Source of the DNA: Podarcis filfolensis
Lineage: Eukaryota
NCBI GenBank assembly: GCA_964270895.1
Contig: OZ185444.1
DNA: 64,000 nucleotides
Direction: 5' to 3' (one strand)
Shown here: piece after piece, positions 37,721-51,564 of the stretch
How the letters are laid out: every line of letters starts with the position of its first letter
How positions within the stretch are numbered: the first letter of the stretch is position 1
Translations under genes and position numbers: made by a program
The notes under the pieces: generated by a model
Told to the model about the DNA's origin: nothing
Seen by the model: only the letters and a program-made list of their open reading frames with translations
Database searches by the model: none

Positions 37721-38928
37721 AAGATAATTCAGGTATGACATACAATAGTGTCTAGTTAAACAAAATGCCACTAATCTTGCAAAATGAGATTTCAGTTACT
37801 GCACTGTGTATGAATATTTGAAATTTTGTGGAATTCTTTTTATAAGCATTTTATGGAAAAATAAAATTGATAGTTTGAGGACCATCTTTGTGATACAATT
37901 TTAGAAAAAGGCAAATAGTTTTAACTAGTATATTCGAACTTGCAATTTTAACCTTGTAGTGAATATCAGTTCTTAAATTTAAAAATAATAGTTTGGGAGG
38001 TCTACGAATTTGCTTGATGCTTGTAAACAGCTTGTTTTCCTGTTAATTTTGTGGTATTATGACAAATTTGAAACTGGATACAGTATAGTTAAGCTTTTGT
38101 GGAGTTACAGCAGGAATATAAGGGAGACTGACTTGAGATTAAAATTCCCTTTCACAAAGGAATTCCGAAATATGTTGTGCCACTTGAGACTTTTATTAGA
38201 TGAGCTTTGGACCTGTTGTAAGTATAATTGTGTTACCTCTCTTCCTTAAGCCTTCCCAACTATTCTGGTTTGCCTTGCCCAGTGGCACTTTTCTGTTTTT
38301 TTAAAAAGCTGCTTCATATTGTGTTTTGTTGATCTTACCTTGGTTTGGAGTAATGCAAACATGAATTTCATTAGTTTTAATAGCTGCTAATCAAGCAAAA
38401 AAACCCTGCCTGCTTTGCTGTGTCTGTCACAAATCCATTAGTGGAAAAAGGAAGACGATTGCATACTGGATAGTGACAAGATATCTGTAGTTATTTGCCA
38501 CTAATGTAACCATGGTTCTGGGGTGTTTTCAGTAGTGGGAGAGATTACTCATGGTAATATATGATACATTGGAGTAATTTGCTAGTCTCTGATTACCCAG
38601 GAACAAGGAAAATACATTATGGGAACTTGATTCAGTGTAAAAGCCATTCTTATAGGGAAAGGGAGTCTCTTGTGAGATTAAGTTAAAGGGGGTTCCCTTA
38701 CTAACAACATACGAAACAGATTGCAGTTGGGATAGAGTTGACCTAAGTTTAAAAAATATTGAAGCAAGGATATAATTTTCACAGATAACTTTAACTTGGA
38801 AATAAGGTTTCTAGCTATTGGTTCTTGAATAGCCAATCAGAACAGTAATGTATGCTAGAGATCCCTGATATGGATAGAAAATGTTGAATATTTCATAAGG
38901 GTTTAAAACATCTGAAGGTTATGAAATC

Positions 38929-39420
38929 CCAATTGCACTGGCTGCCAGTTAGTTTCTGGGCCCAATTGAAAGTGCTGGTTTTGACCTATAAAGCCTTAAA
39001 TGGCTCAGGACCACAAATAACTCAAGAACTACTTCTCTCCATATGAACCTACCTAGACCCTGCGGTAATCATGTGAGGCCCTTCTTTGTGTGCCTCTTCC
39101 ACGAGAGGTCTGGAGGGTGGCAACACAAGAATGGGCCTTTTCTGCAGTGGCTCCCCATTTGTAGAATGCTCTTCTCAGGGAGGTACACCTGGCACCTCCA
39201 TTATACACCTTTAGGCGCCAGGCAAAAAGCAAAGCATTCCTCTTCAACCAGGGCTTTGGCAGACTGACATCCTATATGGTTTTAAATGTCTTTATGGGAG
39301 AGGGGTTATATTTTGTTTCATTTTTGTTTGTGTTATTATTATTATGTCTTTTGTGTTTTTAGCTTGTATTTTTATGCTGTGAATCGCCCTGAAGGGCAGT
39401 ATACATAGTTAATAAATGAT
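38929..39420 (+). mobile_element. L2-clade LINE 3' end
   Basis: QLHWLPVSFWAQLKVLVLTYKALNG ... AFSAVAPHL.NAL, then T-rich 3' UTR ending tgtgaatcgccctg. Confidence 0.8.
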
Positions 39421-42244
39421 GATAATAATCCAGCCCTTTGCACACATGCCACTTACAACAGAGTGGCCCACTCAGTGTGCATGATAGTGTTTCAAAGAAA
39501 GTGCACCCTTTAAAGAGGAGTTTGTGACGTGAGAAATGTTTAAAGTGGGCATTTCAAGTGCTTTAAAAATCTAAGCTCTGTCAGAACGCCCAGATGCAAA
39601 GTGTTTTAATAACTTTATTTTTGAGGTCTAAATGAAAGGTCTTTAATGGGATATAAGAAGCTAACTGACCTGTATTGTGAGGCTAATGAGTGGAAAGAGG
39701 AGTCTTTTGGACTTCTATCTGTCGCACTTCCATTGCGGTTTTATTCTGCTTATTGTTACTTTAGTAACCTATGCTTGTTGTGTACTAACATTTCTTGGTT
39801 GTAATAGTTTAGGATTCTTCATTCTTTTTTTTAAATAAAATAAAATTCCAGTTATGTCCTATAGCAGATGGAGTGATTAAAATTAAGAGTTGCAACTCTG
39901 AAAAGAGTATATACTTCAGTGCAGCTTTGGGCAGTGCACACCTTCATTAGGACTTTGCAACGCTACCAAGGACTAGCTGAAACTGCTTGCTGACGCTGGG
40001 CTATGCTTGCTTTTGTCATTTTATTTTGAAGGTAGGTAGATGTCTGCTATCGCCTTAGTATGTTTTTGCAGTGTGACTACTTTGGTGACATTCTTTAATT
40101 ATAGAGAAGGCAGCTTTCATTTTCTGCCTCTGGCCTTCTTAATTTTGGAATTCTAATTAAACATGTGAAAGTTGGGTCAGCAGTTAGTGTTTTACACAGA
40201 GCAGCTGAAACTTACCTTTCTTAGGAACCTTCAAGTTCACATGTACATTTTGGATTCAGGTAATTTGAGAAACTATGGTAGCAACAGTGAACTCCATTCC
40301 AACATGCACATTTTAAATTTGTTTTTGTTAGTGGGATAGCCTTTGCTTGCTTGCTTTTTAGCCTTTGCTTTCTCAGAACCTTCTTTCTTGCCATTGTAGA
40401 AGTTACAGGCATTTTATTTTCTGATTGAATTTGCTGTTTAGAAATCAAGTAGGGAATTTGATCTGATGACATTTCATTTGCTTTTTACTTTACCTTGCAT
40501 CTCCATTACCTTGTCGCTGTCAGAAGTATTCCCATTTTCTTATTCCCAAACAGACAAAACCTCTTCAAAGTGGGCTTGATGTTTAAAGTTGGAGACTGTG
40601 CAGGGTGGAGATGTTGAGTTGCTGAGCTTTGAAAAGGGCTACCAAGCATTTCTTCCTTGGTCTGTTCTGCCATTGTCTACAGATGACAAATTATGACTGC
40701 ATTTAAAGATTTGGGTGCCACAGTACTTGGGTGCCTGGAAGCTTTCAAAAAGTCCTACTTGCTGTGTGTGTCTTGCCTAACTAGGAGGGGAAAGCTAACT
40801 CCTTTCCAGCTGTTCCTACCATGTGACAGGCTTTTTTTAAAAGTGTGGGAGTGTAGGGGTGGGGTCAAGAGCAGAGACTTTGAGATGGAAAGGGAGGCCT
40901 TATGGACTAGAGGTTCATTATTCTTGCTGTACAGGAATTCATAACTTTGATTTGTGGTTTTCATATTGGGGAATAGAGGGAGGGACTCTTCCTTCCTTCC
41001 ACATAGACAACAGAAATCATAATTAGAAACTTGGGATTGTTAAGTTTAGATGAAGGATCCTAGACTCTTGATGGTTGTAGGGAGAGCTATTTGAGCTTTT
41101 AAATATGTAGGAGAGAAATATGTGGTGGGAGAAAGAGGGATATGAAAATTAAACCCCTGTTGTGGCATTCAGATCAGAGGCTCTTTCTTAATGCCAGTTG
41201 GAGAATTTCCATGTTGTTCAACTACTAAACTCTGAGTCACCACTAGCAAAGGCAGATAACCCATTGTAATTGCTAGAATACCAACAGCTTAGCTGGAACA
41301 TGTAAACAATGGTGTATAAACTTTTCCACTGAATTATAAGTTTATGAGCAAGACAAGACTTCTGCATCTCTTACAGTTGACGTTATTTTCTCAGGGGGAG
41401 GGGACTTGTGAAAGTTATTTTATTACAGTACAGTCATACCACACAGCTGGAAAAGAGGTGGGGGAAAACTTCATAGTGGTTCTGTTACCAGCTGTGTAGT
41501 TGAGCTGTGGACATAACATGGCACTATTAAGAAAAATAAAATACATGAGATGATTAAAAATTGCTTTCTTACATATGTTTATTGACTAATCATGTAAGCT
41601 GGGGTGAGGCAGAAAATATGTTGGGATCTGTTGGAATTTGGAACTTAAGTTGTTACTCATTTCCATTGTATGCCCAAGTGGTCTAAAGGGCTTTACCTTT
41701 TCTTTTTTTATTTCTCATTTCTATTTACAATATTTCAAGACCCTCATATTCTGGAGAAAAGAGTTAAGGAAAAGGAGCTTTTATATACCGGTAAATGCTT
41801 TACAGAAGGGCTATCTTAGCAGCTAAGACTAATGGCTAAGCCTTCACTGCAGTAAAGTGTCTCCTACATTGCCTTCTGTTAGAGTCCCAAGCTAGATTTT
41901 TAAAGCTGCAGCATGCCATTGACTTACTAAGTATTACTGGATAGATGTCTATGCCAGAAAAGAAGCAGGTATTGGGAAAGAAGTGCTTTAGCATATCTTC
42001 TCCTGAGGCCTTTAACGTCCACCTCTTGGCAAACTGGCTTGCTAATTATCTGTTGTGGGACTACCCAACAGGCATAAAGGAAGTGGTTGTACGTAGTGTA
42101 GTCATAACCCCTCACCTTTCTGGATATTCCTGGGAACTTCCATGGTAGTTGACTGAGTGATCTTTGGCAGTAGGGAAGTCAATTAAATCTGATGGCTGAG
42201 GCAGTACACTGCACACCCTTGTCTGGAAGATTGTGAGAAGTTAG

Positions 42245-42374
42245 ATAGCCCAGTTGGGTAGAGCATAGTGCAGGCACGATCTTCGTAACGGGCAGCTGCA
42301 TATTCCTGCATTGCATTGGGGTTGAACTAGATGATCCTCAGGCTCCCTTCCAGCTCTACGATTCTTTGATTCTA
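42245..42374 (+). mobile_element. Internally deleted tRNA-derived SINE with CR1-like tail
   Basis: ATAGCCCAGTTGGGTAGAGCATAGTG head and CAGCTGCATATTCCTGCATTGCA..GGGTTGAACTAGATGATCCTCAGG..CTCTACGATTCT tail. Confidence 0.7.
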
Positions 42375-43167
42375 TTTCACCTTTTGTGACTGCTTAGAGC
42401 TATTGAAAGAAACTAAGTTGTGTTAAGAGGCAGGAAGGAATGGTGCTCAAAAAACATGTCATTTTAGATTGCTACTGGCATTTAGGCTAAAATGTGGTAA
42501 AATGTTACCAAAGTACAGGGACCACATCCAGTTGTGTGCATTAAAATTCAATGTTAGACCTATTCTTTAAAAACTTTTTTCTTTTAATGTGGTTTCTCAT
42601 TTGTTCAGTTCTGGCTCTAGAATATGAAGATGCAGAAGCAAAAATCACATTAAATATATCATTCTTGTGATTTGTAGCTAATGCACACTTGTAGAAGCAA
42701 GTAAAACTTAGTCTATTATTATGTCCCTGGCAGCTTCTTCCAGTTGAGAGCTCTTGCTCTTCAAAGATTAAAGCATTCCTTTGCACACACAAATTAATGT
42801 AATGAAAATTTCAAACTGAAATGTTCTGGTGGTGATTACCATCAGGTTCTAGCAACTTTACAGTAGTTTATACCCTTATTTTTCATGAAAACCTGGGCTG
42901 TCACCTAAGTACCAATGCTGCCACATGATGAAGGTTGGAAAAGATAAATGCTAACAGGATAAATATGGGGTTGTATATTTACAACCTTTCCACCTGGCCT
43001 AGGGGGCGAGGCCCAGACTCACCAGCCCTACTGAAGAAGCTCCTCAAGAGGTCAGAGGAACATCATCCTGCCATTGTTTTATTGATTTAATACGCTATAC
43101 ACCACTTTGAGGTTTTTATTAAAAATATAAAGCGGTACAGAAATTGAAAAATTAAAAAAAAATAAAA

Positions 43168-43467
43168 AGAAGGTCGGTGGTTCAAATCCCCGTGATAGGG
43201 TGAGCTCCCGTTTCTCGGGCCCTTCTCCTGCCAACCTAGCAGTTCGAAAGCACATCAAAGTGCAAGTAGATAAATAGGTACTGCTCCGGCGGCAAGGTAA
43301 ATGGCGTTTCCGTGTGCTGCTCTGGTTCGCTAGAAGTGGCTTAGTCATGCTGGCCACATGACCCAGAAGCTGTACGCCGGCTCCCACTGCCAGTAAAGCG
43401 AAATGAGTGCTGCAACCCCAGAGTCGTCCGTGGCTGGACCTAATGGTCAGGGGTCCCTTTACCTTTT
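43168..43467 (+). mobile_element. Sauria SINE, 5'-truncated
   Basis: GGTTCAAATCCCCG..GGTGAGCTCCCG..CTAGCAGTTCGAAAGCAC..GGACCTAATGGTCAGGGGTCCCTTTACCTTTTAC terminal tail. Confidence 0.9.
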
Positions 43468-43673
43468 ACTCAGAGTAGATTGAAATTAATATACCTAAGT
43501 TACTAAGGTCCATTCATTTAAACAAATCTACTCCTGAGTATGACTGGCTTGGCTCATGATCTGTATTTGGTGCACTATTGGTATGTTCAAAGTGGGATAT
43601 GTCTAGGGTTAAGGAAATTTAGATATAGTTCTCTTTGGTAATACTTTTTTCAGATGAAGCGGCTTGTATTGTA

Positions 43674-43915
43674 CAGTGGTACCTCAGGTTAAGTACTTAA
43701 TTCGTTTCGGAGGTCCGTACTTAACCTGAAACTGTTCTTAACCTGAAGCACCACTTTAGCTAATGGGACCTCCCATTGCCACCGTGCCGCTGGAGCACGA
43801 TTTCTGTTTTCATCCTGAAGCAAAGTTCTTAACCTGAAGCACTATTTGTGGGTTAGCGGAGTCTGTAACCTGAAGTGTCTGTAACCTGAAGCGTATGTAA
43901 CCCGAGGTACCACTG
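43674..43915. mobile_element. Tc1/mariner-pogo-type MITE (242 bp)
   Basis: TA|CAGTGGTACCTCAGGTTA ... TAACCCGAGGTACCACTG|TA. Confidence 0.92.
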
Positions 43916-44558
43916 TAATTCCTCATGCATAAGGCATGTGGAGAGTGCACTGCTATTCTAAATTTGTGCACTACTCCATATGTTGCTGCAGTAGCCACTT
44001 AGCAGAATCTGATAATCTGATAGTCCCATTATTGCATAGACATATTCAAGTATATACTCCCATCTAAAACTGTTGCTGCTTTGTGTCACTTAAGACTTGC
44101 TTAGGCTGCATTTAGTATGCTGCATCATTTACTGTATTTGTAAATAAAGACTTTGTAATTTACAAAAACTTTATTTGTAAATAAAGACTGTTTCTGTATA
44201 CATTGTACACTCAAAATTAACCAGTAAGATGTTAAAAGAATCACAGATTGTCTCAACTGGGATTTGATCCGCATATGCAAACAAACCAGGACTGGATTAA
44301 ACCAAGAAATAATTTATTAAGTTGTGCTTGTGAAGGGAGGAGTATTGTTCGTGATTCTCCAAACCACAGGTAGAGGAGGTGTCATCTGAATGTAGCCTTC
44401 AAATACTGTCTGAATCCTGACATTGCTTTAGAGGGGATGCCAAACAACTTAAATTTGGTGGCAACAAGATGGGAGCTGCTTTGTTTTTTATCTATAGGTA
44501 ACATGGCTTAAGTCTTATAGAAGAGATTTGATTTGTGTGATTTCTGTTTCTTTTGTAG

Positions 44559-44612
44559 TGATTGGAGCGCCTGGCATGGAACAGAACTGGATTGATTTGT
44601 GGGAACTATAAG
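44559..44612 (+). other. MRTFA: Putative MRTFA 5'UTR exon 2 (54 nt) containing uORF MEQNWIDLWEL* (44576-44611)
   Basis: Good acceptor tttctgtttcttttgtag and donor AAG|gtttgt; mammalian MRTFA has a short 5'UTR exon in this position (recalled, not aligned). Confidence 0.65.
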
Positions 44613-44672
44613 GTTTGTAATCTTCCAGTTGCATTGCTTCCTTTTAAAATTAATTGCATGCCAAGGCCCATT

Positions 44673-45387
44673 TGATGAATAAGACACGTGGACACCAGTC
44701 TTTTAGGTTAATGGGCTAATAAAGGCCACAACATTATTGGTTACAGAATGTGAATGGTATTGGCTTAGGCATTGGACCCAAACCGACTATATCTGGCTCC
44801 TGCCTGCCATGCAGGGAGTCTCACAAGGGTTAACCACCAGTAGGGGGAGCACCGTTGATGTACATCAACTCGGATCTCCCCTCAGGGTCACCGGTGTGGT
44901 CGTTCCGTGGCCCTAGCCTCTCCCTGGGCTTTGGACAGGAACCACGACCCCTGGATTCTTTTAACGGAATACCCTTAAAGGGGAGAGGGGCAGGTGATGG
45001 CCACAACTTCTCCTCCCATCAACCAAGCTTTTCCAATGCCTAACCACCAAACCTTACAAAGTTGTGACAATTTGCTACAAGGTAGGTGAGAACCAAGTGG
45101 CTGGTGCCAATCTGCCAAGTGGAAAAATTCCTACCAGGCCCCTTCAACAGGCGACCAACCAAGGTCCATAGCAAGGTTAAGTTGTCGAATGCAAGAAGAA
45201 AGGGCGGGAGATCCGCTGAAGCAGGAAGCAGAAGGAAGAGCTCCCAGCTTGGATTGGCTGGCTGCGGGCGTGACGCGGGCCGCGACTCCCTGATGATGCG
45301 GGGGACTTGACTCGCCACCACTAAGTGCGGGAAAGTGTGAGGCCAGCCCGCAACCATGCCCTCCTGCAAAGGAGATTGGCTTTGACA
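44673..45387. mobile_element. Putative solo LTR (~715 bp), probably antisense
   Basis: Begins TG and ends CA, imperfect 4-bp flanks catt/tatt, CpG-rich relative to intron, CCAAT and GC boxes near the right end, AATAA-like signal on the minus strand near the left end. Confidence 0.5.
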
Positions 45388-45894
45388 TATTATAGTTGAG
45401 AGGGGTTGAGGGGAACCTTATTGATACTAGCTTTTTGGATCTGTGTGTAAAAAATTAATTACTATTGTGTATTTTTATACCAAACACAAAATCTGGTAGC
45501 TATTTCAGAACCCATGGTTTTCATGGGCAATGTGAACTTCCTGGAAAATTTTGAATCAGAAAGTTTTTTAAGGAAAACATTTTTTTGGAAAATTTCTTTG
45601 TGCCTTAGATTTTTTTTGCATAATTAATTATAGTGTTCAAACTAATACTTCCCCAGAACAACTCATCTTTAGAAATGTACTTGGGCCCATGGAAAAACAT
45701 AGCTGTGGAAAATTCTTCATCCCACATCACTGATATGTTTGTTAAGTTGCTACCTCTCATGATTTGAAAGAATCACAGACATGCTTGCCTCACCTGACAA
45801 AGGCACTGATGCTGATAATCCAGAAAACTCAAGGTCAGGGGCTCCATGTTCTCATAATCATCCACCTGCCCAAAGGTTCACATTAAGCTGTAGA

Positions 45895-46381
45895 TCGGGG
45901 TGGGGAATCTTTATAGCCCACAGGCCAACTTAAACAGGTGGGCAGTCCAACTCACCTGTCAAAGTCGTTTGTGCAGCACTTTCCAGGCACCCAACAGTGA
46001 CCTAGTTGGCAGGCACTTGGGAACCTCAGTGCAAGGAGCTTTGGAAGCCTTATCTTCAGTACTAGGGAAACTCTGAGCACAAGTCTTGCAAAGCTTTTAA
46101 GCGAAGTGCTTCCCAAATGCCTTACAGCCAGCTGGCATGTGGGAAGTGCTTCATAGTGCCAAGTAAAGTGTTGGCAAAGCTGCTTTCTTCAGGGATTGGA
46201 TATGTGATCAAGTTCCCCTTAGGGAACTGTTGCGTAGCCAAACCCCCTGCATCTCTGCGCCACACCTGATGTCACATATAATATCATGTGAAAGGCAGAT
46301 GAGTGAGGTTTGGGAAACCTGTAGCTTGTGGTTCAGCATGGGTCCCAATTTGACCTGTCAGCCAGAGGTCCCCTAACCCTG
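45895..46381. mobile_element. hAT-like non-autonomous element
   Basis: Ends tagatcGGGGTGGGGAATC ... GAGGTCCCCTAACCCTGctcta resemble hAT MITE termini (CAGGGGTGGGGAACC). Confidence 0.5.
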
Positions 46382-48900
46382 CTCTAAATAAATCACCCCA
46401 TTGGGACCTGCAGTAAGTACTTGATTAGAAATGGCTTCCTGGTGCACGTCTGCTCCATGTTAAAATGTTAGATGCCCGTTTGTCCCTAACACTTTATATG
46501 TGTATATGGCAAAGCATGAGTCAGCAAACATTTCTGCACAAAGTGTGAGCTTGCCTATGGAGATGGCAAAACATCTGTGTTTCTACAGATGGCAGTTTAA
46601 GAGGAGTAGGATGTATGGAGGAGAATAATTTTTGTGGAGGGGAGGGTTGATAAGCTGATAAGATTCTGGAAGAGTTGATTGTTAAGAGCTTGGGAAATCT
46701 TTTTAAAGTCTCTCCCCCCCCTTTTGCTTAATAAACAAATTACCACAATTTGGGGGGGAACAACCTTAAATGTTTAAAAAATACTCATTCATAGATCCAA
46801 GTCTGTGTGCAGGTTGGAGAGTTTTGGATGGTTTAGTATGACAGGTTAATAGACTTCCTGTTGAAATACAGTGGTGAGTCAAACAGCTTTGTGCAGGCTG
46901 TGCTCCTGAAGGGTGTGGATCAGTGCTGAGCAAGTGATGCCTGAACATCATTTGCTAAATGCTGACCTATGATTTGGTTGGACTGGGTATAGAAAAAGCA
47001 TTTTATATTGGGCTTAAGGAAAAAAGCACCACTGGTAATTTTGGAAGCTCTAATTGCTGTGGCTGCATGGACTTCTCACTGAAGCCACACCCATGTGATC
47101 CATCTGTAGAGGGCCATTGTCATTGTGTCCTGCATTTGGGTTTCCTGTAGAGATCTGGCTGGCCATTGTGGGAACCAGTGCTTTTTAGTGGAATGGTATC
47201 TAGAAATGTGCTTCCAGTTATAAATGCATTTCCTCCCTCCTGGGTATGTGTCCACATACTTGGTACAGTAGGCTGACATAAATACTGTTAATATGTGCAG
47301 GTGAACCCAAATCCGAGTCATTTAAATGAAGCTTAAGTATTTATAGGATCACAGCCTTTTCAGATTTTCTTGCAGGGGCACAACTTGTTTTATTACTTCA
47401 TCCTTTCATATCGCAGCAATGATATTTCAGGTGATCATTGCATGTTGTTTATTTATTCCTTTTGAAAATAACGAAGAGGCAAGGTCCAGTGTTGCAGACC
47501 CCCTTCCTGTATCAACATGCCATCTGTCAAATCCTTATCACATTTGCTCCTCTGTCTACATGGATTGCAAAACTTGTTTTGGTCTTTCTCAATCAAGGGC
47601 CTGCAGAATACTTCCTCAATCAATGGATATATAGTTAACATCTGTTGCTTCTTACAACAAACAGAAGCTATAGGACTGATAAAATAACATCAGTGTTGCA
47701 ATTTCCACTTAACATTATTTCTGTGATCACATGCTTTTAGAGCTTGGGAGTGGAAATTTGTGCAACTCGGAAAAAGGACTTTCAAGGTGTCCACATTTCT
47801 GTGCTACCTCTCCCCTAACTTACTGAATATGCTACAAGGGAGGCGTTACTTAGAGACACAATAATTTTCTTTTCGCCTTCTGCTTCTGTTACTGGACTGT
47901 ACACTTTAAAGAGCAACAGTATAATTATTTCCAGTCATACAATCTACAGTAGCTATGCTAGTATGCTATACAACTTTAATATTAGCAATATTTGATTGCA
48001 TTGTTGGCATTTGATTGACTAGATAGTGCCATCCTCTGGACCTGTGGTTAGACTAAACCAGGGTTTCTAGGAAAGGCTTGTTAAGTTAAAATACATATTT
48101 TTATGTATCCATGTGTACCTAAAGACTGAACAGGCGTTGAATTTTCTGTAGACTGGGAGTTACTTCAACTTCCTTGAAGCCTTCCCAGTTGAGTTTGGCA
48201 GGTTTCTGTGTTCTACAATCAAAATTTAGCCCTTCCATGCAAGAAATCCAGTCCATGTACAGCTTTCCACAAGGCAAAATAGGTGTAAAGTAGCTGTAAT
48301 CAAGTAATTCTGTGAACTGTTCAGTTAGGTTGTATGGAACCCATTTTTTGTGTGTGCTCTGTATATGATGGAGATATGTTAGATGACTTCATTGCATAAC
48401 CATATAAAACATTAGTGTGCTTAAATATAGTTGGTATGAATTTGCCTTAAGACTGGTGCTGTTTGCTCTTGGTTGGGGAATGACAAGTCATTGTCCCTGT
48501 GGCATTTCTAATCTGACAAGGAAAGAACCATAGGGATGCAGAAGTTCCTTGTGAAACAGGTGCTTGTACCATTGATTTTCAGCACTGCCAGTAGAAGTAC
48601 TGGATGTACTGTTTCCCTCCTTGCAGTGCTGGGGAGCGACAGGATAATAGGGAAAGCAATGGCTTCTTATACCATTCAGGTTGTACACTGAAAATGAGTG
48701 CACACTTTAGTTCCTTACTTGGAGAATTATTCAAAAGACCACACTCAGGTAATTGTCTGCATAGAGAAGTTCCAAGAAAGAGCATAGCAAGTAGCAGAGT
48801 GGACGTCCCTCTATAAAATAGAACTTCCCTAAATATGCAGATCTCAGTCTATAGTATGCATCTGGGTTCCTTTGGGAGTAAGGGCAGGATAAATGGAATT

Positions 48901-48932
48901 GAATGAATGAATGAATGAATGAATGAATGAAT
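48901..48932. repeat. (GAAT)8 microsatellite
   Basis: Direct reading. Confidence 0.95.
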
Positions 48933-51564
48933 AAAAGAAAACTATGTTGATTGGACTTTCCTGGCCTTATTTTTCAGTTATCTGAACGACCTGTCATGGC
49001 TCTAGGCAGTGCATATTTTTTAATGTATTTTGTTCCTAGATTTAATCCTAAGAATTTCCAGTTGTAGTGTCATTAGTAACAGGGATAGGGAAAGACTTGT
49101 GCCTGAATCTCTGAAGAATTGATTGGAGCACTGATATTTCTGGGTAAATACCCAGTTTTAGGTGATTGTTTTCTGCTTATTAGTAGACTATCAACAACAT
49201 GGTGCTGTTTCCTACTTTTCTGAATTAGGGTTGTCTAGAAAGAATGTTGTCCTCAGCTATAACACCACTGCTTCTTCTTTATCTGTTTAGCTTAAAACTT
49301 GATCCACTTAACACCACTCTGCCTAAAGATTACTTTAGATTTTCTTTTGGCTTCCTGATCACAGTTGCCAGAGACATGTAACAGATGGCTTTTTTTAAAT
49401 GCAAGAAAAGTAGTTACTGCTTCCCAAAATAGCCTACTTCTGCATGCCACCTGCTGCTGCTAGTTGATGCAGGTTGCTTAGCAATTCTTAAATGAGTAGG
49501 AAATTGCCATTACCCTGGTAACCACTCCTAAATAGAAACTGACTTAAAGGAACGAAGAATAAAGAGAAACGTCCATAGCAAGTTTGCTAATGGAATTACT
49601 TCCCCACCTTTCTGTCTTAAAATAATTTGCTAACAACAGAAACCTTGATTGCTGGGGATATGTGGAGAATGACAGTATGCTTTATAATGCAACTGCATCC
49701 TCAGACTTGTAAAGTATTATGCAGTTTATATGGGGGTCACAAACCTTAATCAGTGATCCAGTTTTAAATGGGGGGCTATGAATTCAACATTTTAAAGGCT
49801 TTTTTTTTGTTCTAGCATGTCCCTATTACGTTGACTGAGCAAAACAATATCAAATATATCCCCTCCCAAAAGATGAGTGATATCTTACAACTTAATTCAA
49901 GCTATGTTATGATTCATTGTTTCCAAAGAATATCCATATTCTAATTTTTATAATGTATAAACTGATTAATGAAGAAAAATTCTTTTCATCAGTTGACAGC
50001 CTTAGTTTTTCCACTGTTTCAAGGCATCATTGTGGGTGGATGTTTTTTAATTCCTGTAGAAAAAACCTTGAAATTAGCTGGAGTTATTACTGACAAGTAA
50101 TCACAGGAGTGTTATTACTCTTCATGCATAGTCCCTGTTAGAAATGGGTTTAAAATGTAAGAAACATACTTGTAGAGTTCAGCTTTATAGAAAATTACAG
50201 AACATGCCATATGATTATAGGCTTGCTCTGTGTCCCCATAGCCTTACAAGCTTTGCTGCTATGTGTGAGGACATCTGAAATGAAGAACAGAGGGGTATCA
50301 TAGCCAGTAATGCATAACACCCCAGATCAATTTTCTCCAAGTTCATTCCCACCCAAATTCAGCCCAAAATTAGTCAGTCTTCAACTCTCATTTTACTCAT
50401 TTCCCTTTTGCTCCCAGCTCCAAGAGAAAGAGGAAAGAAAATCTCTGTATTTGTCTTTTCCCCTCATGCAGTCAAAAGTGCAGTAAGCTCAGCCTGGCAA
50501 AGACCCACAAGCCATTAGTACAAACTCTGAGATGGAGGAAACAATGAACAAGGCAGGGAAGGGACTTTCTACCTGAACAGTACATGCGAGTAAGAACTGC
50601 CTGCTCGTACACCTCGCTGTGGGACCATACAAGCTGATAAATGGGCATAAAGGAAGTATTATTGTGATAACGTATGAGAAAGCACTGAAATAGCATTAAT
50701 CTTGTAAATTGGTGGGCGTGGGGGAAGAGGACCAGAGTGGGCTGTTTCCTGGTCTTGTGCAGGCTGTTTCCTGGTGCTTTTTGAGGGAATTTATTAGCTC
50801 TATTAAACTAATAAATTAGAATTATAAAATTGATAACCAGTAAGAATAGTACCAAAATCCACCCCAGTCACCTAGCACTTGTCCAGTGCTGGTGGACTCT
50901 GGTTCCAGTCTAGAAATAACCTAAGCTGTAAGGGCTGCTGTGATGGGACTTGCTTTGCAATTTTAGTGCTCAGTTGGTCAACATTGTCATTGATCCTGCG
51001 GTACATCAGAGACCGCTGTGTTTGTAAGAAGAGGCCCAGCACAGCTACACTAGGTCTTGTAATGCATGCCTGAAGGCTATTCTGAGCTCTTGAAAGTTTT
51101 CTATAAGGATTTTGCAATTTGCCGTGGAGTTTGGGCAGGGCAAAATTAGCTTGTTTCAGGATATGCTGAGCCTTTCCAGAGCCAAACTCAGCAGTTCATT
51201 CAGTTCCTAGTTGTTAATAGTAGCTTGTTTCCTCTTTTGTTGTGTATATAGGCTTATTTGATTATATTACACCTTTAAATAAAGTTAATGTATCCAGATT
51301 ACTCTTATGAATGTGACTTTTCTGAGGTATGAAATGGAAGAAGGAAGACATTTCTAGCTGCTTTGAGCTGTAGATGCTCATAGGTTTTGTATGCAGATTG
51401 TTTGTGCCTATTTATTTTGAACTTGAAACAACGTGGGGGACCCTGCAAAGAGCTACAGCTAGAGAAGAGGCCTACTTCTTGGAAGGTAGAATAATATATA
51501 TATATATATGCCATTGTTCAACTCTTATATGTTCTGTCTTCAGGTTGCCATCACGAAAGCCAAA

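Noticed and set aside
51508-51564. ATG at 51508 in frame with MRTFA exon 3
   Set aside because: Lies in the intron upstream of the acceptor at 51543; not a plausible start of the spliced mRNA
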